From Dimorphilus gyrociliatus (Eukaryota; Animalia; Annelida): a stretch of DNA of 41,282 bases. The notes under the pieces are model-generated. The model saw nothing but the letters and a program-made list of their open reading frames with translations. It was not told the origin of the DNA and did no database searches. The stretch lies in the NCBI GenBank assembly GCA_904063045.1, contig CAJFCJ010000102.1:1-41282 (forward strand). Direction: 5' to 3'. Made by a program: the position numbers and the translations under genes. Shown piece after piece: positions 24,998 through 35,558 of this stretch. Position 1 is the stretch's first letter. Each line of letters begins with the position of its first letter.

Positions 24998-25214
24998 TTT
25001 ACGATTATAACCAGACGATGGAAGATTTGAAGTATATGCAAACGTTGCTGTCTTGTATATGCCTTTCTATAATATTATTCCTTATCATATTTCCTTTCCT
25101 AATTATAAAAATAGACATAATTATCATTCTAACTATTTGAAAAAAGTTTAAATAAATAAATAGAGCATTCTTCGGAAAATTGGAGTAATAAAGATTAGTA
25201 CCAATAGCCGAAAT

Positions 25215-25400
25215 GGGTTGATCTTGACATCCAACAGGAATACCCTTATTAATCCAATTAGAGTTCTCCTCCTCAACGTTGTTGCTCTGGTATCTGATGT
25301 TACGGTTACATAAGCCGACCTAATACCATCCAGGAACTGTATGATTTGGTGCCTACCTCATTGGCTTTCAAGACCTTGAATTGAATGTCTTTTTTTTTGG
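25215..25400 (+). mobile_element. LINE RT domain 1-2 fragment (same family as 16730-17050)
   Basis: LILTSNRNTLINPIRVLLLNVVALVSDVTVT; nucleotide similarity to 16794-16880. Confidence 0.5.
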
Positions 25401-25599
25401 GTCGCTCAGCTTTTCTTATTCAAACTAATGCATTTACTGATTAGGATCATTGAAGATTAGGAAACTTAAATCTTTGATACTTACATTAGATTGTTCAAAT
25501 CTCTCACCTTCAATATGGTCTGTTAGTTGTTTTCTCCTATTTGTCCTAAAACTCCATCATTTCCAAGTATACTTAAGGATTTCCTCTAATCACTTCCGC

Positions 25600-26300
25600 T
25601 CCATTAATAATCTCATCTATTTAACCTAACTGCTAACGGATATGTTAACTATGGATGACTGTTTCGTTAGTTTCATCATGCCTATGTCTTCTTATACTGT
25701 AGTACGACGACGCATCTATGGAGTAGCATCCCTTTACTCTCCCGGCTATTACGAGATTGCTTGTTTCCTTTAGATGGTTCATTTCAATTTTTACGTTTTT
25801 AAATGAATTCCATTTCTCTCTCATCTTTTTCCTTGTATCAGTTAGTCTGCAGGGTTGTTTTCGGATCTGACGTAGCACCACTTTGCCTTTATTTCGGTTG
25901 CTATCAAGAGAGGAGTGTCTACTAATCTAAGAGCTGTTGGTATCAACTAGGATGATTTCTTTCATATAAAAGGATAGATGATAAAAAATGGTGAGCTTCG
26001 TGCCGCCAAAAATATGACGGGTCATTACAGCTGTTTAGGACCATCATAGAGGAATCTAAAATCAGACTGGTCCGTAGTATCAACGCAGAAGTTCAAGAAC
26101 ATAGACGTAATGTCGGCTAATATCAAGTATGGTTGCTTTCGACACGATGTAAGGAGGTGATTTTGATTTGATAGTAAGGAAGGTCCCGATAAGAGGACGT
26201 CATTGAGGGAATAGCTTCAATAGATCAATTTCTATTTAGGATTAAGGCGGTTCCTCCAGGTAATTTTGAAAAGGTTGAATATTCAAAAATCCGCCATCTT
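25600..26300 (-). mobile_element. Degraded BEL/Pao LTR retrotransposon pol (RT and post-RNaseH segments, large deletion)
   Basis: SLNDVLLSGPSLL (26210-26172), LADITSMF, DFRFLY and WCYVRSENNPAD (to 25845) are diagnostic BEL/Pao motifs. Confidence 0.85.
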
Positions 26301-26599
26301 GATCTTCGACGGCTTCCATCTCTTGCGTTTGAATTGGGGACAGGTGACTTACATGATACATTGGTAGAATTTGCTTGGTTAGGCCCATCTGGACGTTCAT
26401 CTCTGGTTTCATTGCATTGTTTCAGTCGGTTAGGGTTCCACAATTTGATGATATATCTCTCCATAGAAGTGGTGTGTATCCCCTATCTCTGTTGATTTGT
26501 TAAAATGTTTAATCGTCGTACAATGTCGTCGATGTATCTTCCATACTATTCTATTCGATTCTAGTGTTCGTTGACAATCGTTTGTGTCTTATATTCAGG

Positions 26600-28360
26600 C
26601 GACTCGACGCAAGTAATTACGGAAGAAGGTACGCCAATCCCATAACCATCCATGAGGGTGTCAGATAGGGCGACGGCCTCAGCCCACTTCTTTTTCATCT
26701 CTGCTTTGAGGACACACTGAGGAGTGTAAACGCGATCAAGGAAATAGAAGGTTACAAGGTTGCCGTCCAGGCGGAAGTTCTGGGCTTGACGATCTCGTGG
26801 TTGTCACTAGGTCCCAACGTACTTCCAACACCTTGTTAATGTTGCCGAGAGGTCGGCGGGTTTGGAAAAGCTTAAGTTTCCACCCAGGAAATGCACAACG
26901 CTCTGTCTGTATCGTAACACTTCGGAGCACACCCCTTTCCTCATCTATAATGAGGCTATCACTTCTCTCCAATTGAATGAGACCTACACATATCTGGACA
27001 CTCCCATCGGGTACCAGAAAGAATGCTAAAAGAAGATGCGATAATCGAAAGGATGCACTTTCTCACCACCTCGGTGATGAACTACAATCTGGCCCGTGGC
27101 AGAAAGTCGCGTCCTTGATAAGTTTCATCCTCCCACGAACCCAGTTCGCCCTTGGGTTCCATCGTTTCTCCAAAGAGGAGCTTATCAACTATGATTCGTC
27201 AGTGATAGGCGCCCTCCGAACTGCAATGGTGACATTGAATAATACCTCTCGTCTATTCCTCTTTGCTCCCGCCAAATTAGGAGGTATAGGAATAATCCCC
27301 ACCCAGATAGGTGTGCACATTGCCAGAGTCGGCCACATACAGTATTCTACTTGTTGAAATCCCAGGACCCTACTACAGCATTATCTGTTGGCTGCCTACC
27401 TTAACGGTTCCACCTCAGACCCTTTCTCCTCCTCTTCCTCTACAGCTCAGACGGTGATGTCGGTAACACGGTCCGCCTCTCAGACGCCTTAATATAACGA
27501 TAAACCTGGAATGGCATCTAGAGCATGATTAAACCCCGACGACCACGGCAAGGGCGAGTGGAGCCTGCCATCAAGTTTCACCATGAAGTCCAGACAAACT
27601 GGCAAGAACTGTCTTTTGGAGAGGATGAGAGGAATTTGGAGTCCTTATCTATCAGTTACCGACACATACATGAATCTTTCCCCCCTCCCTGCTTCGTTCA
27701 GCTGTGACGGAGCTGAAAGTGCAGGAGCTTGCCAAACTTGCGGAGCAGGGCCGATCCTTTCAGGAGACCTTGTACCCTGTCTCAATCACTTTTTGTAGAC
27801 AGACTTTGGTCTGCGTTATAAGGCTTATCGTTTTGTTTTTAAGGTTCTTCTTCCTGTCAACGCCATCAAGTCTAAGTTCAATAGCGTCACAAGACTGGAC
27901 TGTCGCCGTTGCAAATTCAATACGGAATCCCTTCGGCACGTAGTAAACAATTGCCGCACGGGTTACGGGCTCTATGGCGACAGACACAATGTCATTCAGA
28001 ATCATCTGGTCAAAGAAGCCCGTTTATTCCCCAGTACCTCAATAACCATAAGTAGGATCCTGCCTCAATCCTCTACTCACCTCAGGCCAAATATTATTAT
28101 TCGTCAGGATGACCAAGTTGACCTTATTGACGTTGCCGTTTCTTTTAAACGTCTCGGTGCCCTAGTCCTAGATCTGCGGAAGAGAAAATAATTCAGAACC
28201 ACAGTCTACAATTGGAATTGAAGGTGCATGGAAAAATAGTGCGCATTCTTCCATTTGTTACTGTGGGTCTGGTAGAAAACAATTCCAAAGTGTACCAAGC
28301 AAGAATTGGGCATAGCCTTTGGTAAACGCAAGATGCTTTCCCAGCGATCGTGGGATATTC
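26600..28360 (+). mobile_element. R2/NeSL-type non-LTR retrotransposon, internally deleted, copy C
   Basis: VITEEGT, GVR*GDGLSPLLFHLCFE, LDDLVV, GPWQKVASLISFILPR, FAPAKLGGIGI, GYGLYGDRHNVIQNHLVK, LRPNIIIRQDDQVDLIDVAVSF. Confidence 0.9.
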
Positions 28361-29879
28361 TTCATTCATGCGGTGCCTTGTGGATTTTAGGGAGGAGCTT
28401 TTCCATTAGGTTGGATATCTCCATCCTCCGGCAATCGGATGAGCAGTTCGTTTATCCTGGAACACAATCTTTCACTAACCGTTTCCTTGACTATTGATTA
28501 CACGTTTTATGTGTCAGTAAGTTGTGTGATGGCTTCTGTGTTGTAGACTTTTTTGTCCATTAAGACGATTCTTTAAAGTGTCCGTCCAGTCCGTGGATGA
28601 TCTATTAGATGTTTTTTGAAGACGTACCATCTGGGTTCAGGATTGGGAGTGGCATACCCTTCATATCCTCCATATCTTTACAGAGAGATTCAACCATTTC
28701 TCATCGTTTGTGTTTTTTGAGGTGACTACTCTTTCTTGTATCGGGTTGATGAACATAATCCTAGTATTGTTCGGAATTCTGCTCCCTTCAATTGTAGCCC
28801 TACTCGCATCAATTTCAACAACATAATGTTGGACGCTGTGCTAACCTTGTTGGGACGTTTTTTATTACATTTCCTGTTAATTTTCAATCAAAGTTAACTT
28901 AAAATTGGAACAATTGGAAAATTCCATTGAACAAGATCGTTTGGAGAATATATGGAATTTCCAATAATTATTATCTGCAATCATCCAGATAATCAAGTCC
29001 AATTCCTATGCCCTTGACCGAAAAGCGAATGATAGATAAATCATTAAAGCCAGAATCAGCGAAATATAGCTTTTCAGCTTCATATTCTATGAATAGCCCA
29101 AAATTTCAAGATAGCGAAATCGAACGTTCGATTCCAGAAATTGAAAGAAAGACATTCTCAATGCAACGAAACGGTGAGAAATGTAACAAAGTCATTCGAC
29201 ATGTACAATCAAATTTCAATCTTTCATATTTGGGGATGACTTCAAGTTGCCCGTCAATGGTTGACGATCTTCAAACGGGTACAGAGACATTCCCAAATTG
29301 GTAAAATAATCAACAGCATTACAATCGAAGATGATAAAAGACACGTTAATAAGAAAACCATAGACAACAGATAGAGGAGGTCAACTACGGATGTGTGGAG
29401 AATCACTGCAGTATAGACAAGCGTTACAGGATCAAAGGAAACAATCGGCTAGGTCGGCTTAAAACGATATTTTAATTATCTGGAGTCTGGCTACTCATTA
29501 GCCGATTGTAAGTCAAAGGAGGAGAGCAGAAACAAAAGACAATGTTACCACTGTGAACTCTATACGACACTGTGCTTATGCCCTATGCCCTTCGAAGACC
29601 ATACAATCGCTTTCGAGGTACCCCAAATTTAGTTGTATAAATGGTCATCATCGCTTCAAATTCTACAGGAAGCTAATAATTGCGTATCAGAATATTGATA
29701 TACTGTAGAATCTAAATGATAACAAACAAAATAATATTCTAATTTCGCATATCTTTTAAGTTTAAAGAACTTTTCTTTTATCAGTAATTAGCAGCACATC
29801 TATTCCAAGACTAACATAAGTTAATCACATTAAAAAATCAAGAGCTAGATTAATTGACTAATGTGATAAAAGATAGTCA

Positions 29880-30890
29880 ATCAAGAGCACCTATTACTAG
29901 CGTAGTTATACTTTTTAAAAGGACTTAATTTCAAGGAAAATTCTTTGATAAATATAAAGTAAACAACAACAATAAATTTATGGTCATAATTGGTTTATTG
30001 ATTTCGAAATTTGCTCTTGTAATAATCAAGTCAGAATACAAAGAAACAATTTCGCAGCTCACGATGATATACCCAAATGTTGAACGTGTTGTTAAGCCGA
30101 ACTTAAAAGTCCAACTTGGTTGATAACCATTACGGAAATCAACCAGATGCTGTAAAACATCGATGAATCAAACCAAAATCAAAAATGTTCTGCCAATCGC
30201 TAGTTCAAGTTGGATTCGAGTCAATTCAAGAGGCCAAAGAAATTAATCTTTGCGAAGAAAGAAAGTCCTGTGTCTAAAAGAGAAAGAAAAATTCAAACAT
30301 CAATAATAGAAAAGAGCAGATATTGTTTAAAAAGATGATACTTACAAATTACAAGAGAATGAGAAAATGTATTTCCAAATCTGGTCGTCCTGACTGTACT
30401 GAGAGTCACGAGTTTTTGTCTAGACGTACGTAGGTGGGAAATTTTCATGACATAAACGTTCAAAAGCGCGTTCACAAATTCTTATCTTAAACCTGACCAT
30501 ATTCAATCTGTGTCAGGTTTTTGAAATCAAATGTTAATTATAACCGTCCCTCTTTTAAGATAAAATAAACTTTACCTATAAATTTTCACGGGTACCTTAA
30601 AACAAAAGGAAAATAATTAATTAACTACATTGCTTATTATTCGCTATTAATATTAACATACCATTAGATGGTCGAGCATCATTCATTCAAGCTTTGTCTT
30701 CATTGTCCTATGAACGGAAAGTTTGGCAGAGATGTTGCCCCGTCGGCCTCTCGAGCAAAAAGGAAAGAGTGACCTCGGCTGATTACAGTCGTCTTTCGAG
30801 ATATCTTAAACCATTTACGACATTCAATTAATTCAAACATGGTGTCTATTTTTTAATTACATGAACTCTTATGAATCCGCCATATTTTTT
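29880..30890 (-). pseudogene. Pseudogene copy U3 of the unknown gene family (best-preserved reading frame)
   Basis: MFELIECRKWFKISRKTTVISRGHSFLFAREADG...; ERAFERLCHENFPPTYV*TKTRDSQYSQDDQIWKY; DFLSSQRLILWPLELTRIQLELAIGRTFLILV*FIDVLQHLVDFRNGYQPSWTFKFGLTTRSTFGYIIVSCEIVSLYSDLIITRANFEINKP. Intron ~30345-30270 corresponds to the U1/U2 intron. Confidence 0.7.
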
Positions 30891-31077
30891 TTCGGTTCAC
30901 CTTCGACATCTCCCCTTGAATGCTTTGTTTTAAAGGCATTCTCGAATTTTTATCAAAATCATATTGTTGAACCTATTTCCAAAAACACTATATCGACTAC
31001 AATTCTTTCTTCGTCATAGCATGGATCTTGTTTGTAAAATTAAATATACTACGAAGTCATTCACTTCCCTCTTAAAA

Positions 31078-32463
31078 TTCAAGTTTTCTTTTTCATAATT
31101 CACACATTTTTATAAAATTAATTGCTTTTTAACTTATTTTAAAACATAAAATATTTTCTAAACTAATCTATCTTTCCAATGTTTGCACTAAAACTATCAA
31201 AAATTACTTGATGCAATAACAAAAACATATTTTGTAAAAATTTTCCTCTTTTTTTCAATAAAATTCTCATTTTCAAGAGAATTGAATCCTAACTGTTCAA
31301 AACAGTAATACATGTCTATTTCTGAATACCCGAAGTATCCGATGAATGTATCCTGAATAACAAGTACATTGAATTTACGTATTTATTAGCGAGTAAAACG
31401 AAAGGTGTTCACTAATAGCCGATCGTGACGTCATTCGCCTCCTCCAAGTCCCACGTGGCTTTTTTCACGTTGAAATTTCTTCAAAGACACAATGCGTTCA
31501 TCTATAATCAATACATTTTCCATTTCATTGTAAACGCAAGCATATTAACTCAATTAAAACACGATCCATTATATCAATTTTAATATCGAAAATTGAAGAT
31601 TTGTGATTCGGCGGCCATATTTGATTTGTGACAGTTTTTAAAGCCGTATTACACGTGAATGTCTATCTAATGTGAATCATTTGTAGGCTTTGATGATGGT
31701 GATTATAAGAGTAAAAATGCAAGTGATACTAGTAATACAATCAGAGTTGGTTTTAAACATAAAACGCCATGTTGACTGAAACGTCTAACATTGACTGAAG
31801 AAAATAACTACGAAAACTATGATTTCTCAGCTTCACTAAGCCCAATTTTGAGATAAGTCACTTTATTATAGTAGGACTGATGAAGTGAATGATTTAAAGA
31901 TTCAAAGAAGCTTTGATTGGCGATGAAACGACCAACAGCATAACGACAAATCGTTGACGAGGTAAACAAAGTACGTTAAAACGGAAAATTATCGACGATT
32001 ATCATGGATAAAAGGAGAATAGAAGAAATATTCACTTCAAGTATTCCTTTCATCTGCTCTATTCGCCTTCAAATCATATTAATATCTTTTGTTCAAGCTT
32101 GAAGGAAGGAATACTTTGGATTTGTGTGTTCATCTTGCAGACATTTACTTGAAAATGAATGATGAATGGCGCTTAAATTTAGTTTTATATCGTATAGAAA
32201 GAAAAATGAGTTAATATGCGTCGAGTTGAAGTTGACACGACTGGAAGAAGTTTGTTCATACACGTTTGTTTGGCATAAGATGATATTTTCCGTTGGGAAA
32301 ATTCCTATTATCTGATTTCTCGAAAGAGAAAAGCGATTACTCTTAAATGCTATATTCTATGATGAGAGTTTTATATTATCTTTAGACAGACGTCCATCAA
32401 TGTATCGTTAGACGTTTAACAAAACAATGCTCTCCACTGGTGTTAATTAACGCTTGATAATTA
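31078..32463 (+). repeat. Duplication block A, copy 2
   Basis: Direct comparison with 21144-22529. Confidence 0.95.
31422..31632. promoter_or_regulatory. CRE/E-box/YY1 cassette, copy 5
   Basis: TGACGTCA 31426-31433, CACGTG 31452-31457, GCCATATTT 31614-31622. Confidence 0.7.
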
Positions 32464-32702
32464 GTGTTATAACGAGTTCACTGTTGTCATTGAACTGTCG
32501 GTTGTTCTTGTCAACTTTTCAGGTACTTTTAAAAAGGATTAATATAATATTTAATGCTCAATAGGATGAAACTTGTAAATACTAATAAAACATTAATAAT
32601 TGATTTGTTCAGCGTATTTTTTAAGGATAAAACCGTAACCACTTTTATACACTTAATACACAATATTATTATTAAAATTTTTATTAAAATAATGTATAAT
32701 AC

Positions 32703-32728
32703 ATATATATATATATATATATATATAT
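32703..32728. repeat. (AT)n microsatellite
   Basis: Read directly. Confidence 0.95.
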
Positions 32729-32769
32729 TACTGGCATCTGCAAGATTGGGAGACAAATTCCACAACCTG

Positions 32770-33831
32770 ATGCGATTCACATCTACGCCGATGCTTCTGA
32801 TATAGCGGACGGAGCTGCAGTATATGCACCCAGGGTTAGTGTAGAAATATAGGCTATCTGATCGCATCTTCTTCTCGTCTTTTCTCCTCGCCGAGGACAT
32901 CAATGCCGCGAGCAGAATTGACGGCAGCAAGAAGAGCTGCGAATTTCATTAAACCTTTCAAATCCGTTTTCCCGGACGTGGAGATAAAGATTTTCGTGGA
33001 TAATAAAATCGTTTTTAGCTACGTAGACAATTGTGATTTGAAATTAAGCAAACACATTCGCCATGCCGTGAAAACAATATTGACTATTAAATCAAAGGCT
33101 GCTTGCAATAAAAATAAGATCCGAGGGTAACTCAGCCGACTACCTGAATAAATCAAGAAATAAGATAAGAGAGAAATTGAACGGATTCAAGGCAATAGAC
33201 ATCACAATACACATATCGAATATGACAATCAATATGATAGTCCCAGACTTCACCTAGGAATTAATGGGAGAATGGCCAAAGATGCGACGAACTTTTGCAT
33301 GGATTCTGAGATTTAAATCCAATGCTTAACGTCTGCCGTGTGAGAGAAAGAAAGACAACGAAATAAATATAAGAGAACTAGAGATAGCCCAACGGTACCT
33401 ATTCAAGCTTGTATAAAATACAATGCCGATAAATAAATTAGTAGAACCTTATATTCTGCAGAAGTAGGAAGGAATATAGGAATCTATATTACGTTGGGAA
33501 GATTAGAAGATTCACGTGAAAAAGGAAAAATCATAGTTGATGCTCGCCACCCTATACAGTATTAAGTAAACTAATATACTGTCTACATCATGAGATGAAC
33601 CATGCTTCTCTAAGAGCTATTTGGGCAAACCTAGCGGATAAACTACACCCAACGATAGGGATCAAAAGCGTCCTAAAGAGATGTAAACTATGCGTAGCCA
33701 GGAATAACAAAAGTATGATTCTGAAAATGGCGAACCTTTCTGAGTCTCGTGCAGGAGAATTCAATAGCCCGTTCAAGAATTGTGCCATAGATTTTACCGG
33801 ACCTATTTGTATATATTACATATATCAGTAA
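32770..33831 (+). mobile_element. Degraded BEL/Pao LTR retrotransposon RNaseH and integrase
   Basis: IHIYADASDIADGAAVY, SRLSP..MPRAELTAA, FVDNKIV; integrase CKLC..MANLSESR..PFKNCAIDFTGP. Confidence 0.88.
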
Positions 33832-34400
33832 AGTTGGAGAATGTCATACAATCATGACTCACTCATTCAACGACTACATATATCTATATATTAATATATA
33901 GAATTTCAATTAATTAATTAACCCTATAAGATAAAGCTTAGATATAGATTTGCTCGATGAGAAAGAAGAATTGCATGATACTTTTAATAGGAATTTGTTA
34001 GTCACTATATAATTATTCAAATTGCTCAAATTACACTAATTATTCAAAGCTTATAAATAATATGTAAACTTTGACAGATGTACAGATTTCAGCATCGATA
34101 TTATCTCGTTATATATGAATATAGCATCTTGAATTATCTTTTAGAGATAAACGAAAGGTTTCTTAGTAGAGGAAACTATTTCATCAATTCAAAAACAAAA
34201 AATGATTAAATTTAATCTCAATTATTCAAGTGTTTTCATGAATTTTTTAGAAAATTCTTTATTTAACTGAATGAATTATAATTGAATTATCATAAGTTTA
34301 ATAAACAAGTATACTAAATTAACAATGAGAACGATTTCACCTCTATTCTTTGTACAACTTAATTTCGTTATAGCGTTTCTAATGTAGAAATAAAAACGTT

Positions 34401-34771
34401 GCTCTTCTATTAGAGTCCAAAGAAAGAGTTTGACGTCGATGATACGCAATCGGTTTTTATCGTTTGATTGTATAATAGATTCGTATAAGCTTGAATAGAG
34501 AAGAAGTAAAACGTTCGAAATGGAACGTTTTCAACAATTTCCTTTTTGTGGACATTTTATGTAAATTCTATTAAAAGTAATAGAATGTTTTTATTTCATA
34601 GAAATTATTCTTTCAAAATGCGTCAATTAATTTGTCTATTTTTTACGTCATATTCTATTTCTTTTTATAGAATATATAGGCTAACAATATGATTGTTGCC
34701 TTAACAACTGTCTGTAAACAATACGCAACATTATTATTAAAACTTGTTTAATATCTCTTCCTCTCTCTTTT
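34401..34771 (+). repeat. Duplication block B, copy 2
   Basis: Direct comparison with 22537-22908. Confidence 0.95.
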
Positions 34772-35050
34772 TATTTCAAGATTGTTACAAGAACGCATAT
34801 GAAAACAGAACGTTTTTATTATTCAAAACAAATGATTCTATTGTTTCATTCAAAAGGAATGTTTAACATATTAGAAGTTTAACTGCCAAATCATTCTGTA
34901 GTCTTGTAATTACTTAGGAAATATACAATTTTCTTAAAGAAAAAGATCTTTTAATGATGATTAAAGCAAGTATTGATGATTTTTTAAAGTGGAATTGTGT
35001 ATAAATTAAAGAACCGATGACATTAGAAGATAAGGAAAAGAGTGACTCCT

Positions 35051-35558
35051 ATTGTTGTTTGTTTACTTTAAACATTGTTTCTAATTTCAATACTAGTTCA
35101 TCGAGGAGAGAAGAGGCGACTGTGTCCGGAGGATATTCATAGTAAATGTCATTGGATATCACCAATTTCTAAAGACTGTCTTTATCATTTTAATAAAAGT
35201 TGGTGAATGTTTGTTGAAGGAAGGGAAATGTTCTTCAATGTTTGGTGTATGTGTGTGTGTGTGTTTGTCTTCATGTTTGTCTGTGTGTCTGTTGCTGTGT
35301 TTGTGACAATTAAAAGTATGTGACGTCATTGAAAATGAGTATTCCACGTGTGTTTTCCAGAATGGAATTTCTGGCGAGTTATACCATTTTCATCGAATAT
35401 CATTACATTTTCGGATTGATTGTAAATTAGAGTATATTATTACATATCGCATTCAACCTAACATGTTGATTTTCTAATCGAAAATCAAAGGTTGAAAATT
35501 TCGGCGGCCATATTTAATTTGTGACATGTTGAAAGAAAACATGTGATTATTAGTGGAT
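35051..35558 (+). repeat. Duplication block C, copy 2
   Basis: Direct comparison with 24490-24997. Confidence 0.95.
35316..35527. promoter_or_regulatory. CRE/E-box/YY1 cassette, copy 6
   Basis: TGACGTCA 35321-35328, CACGTG 35345-35350, GCCATATTT 35507-35515. Confidence 0.7.

Noticed and set aside
28500-29250. Possible Gypsy RT/RNaseH relic on the minus strand (EILGY, YLDD, EIDAS)
   Set aside because: Motifs are short and YLDD is out of the expected order, so it is too weak to call. The plus-strand ORF 29008-29304 is also unsupported.
29380-29620. piggyBac-like Cys-rich tail (RQCYHCELYTTLCLCPMPF)
   Set aside because: Only a partial Cys pattern and no DDD core recognised.
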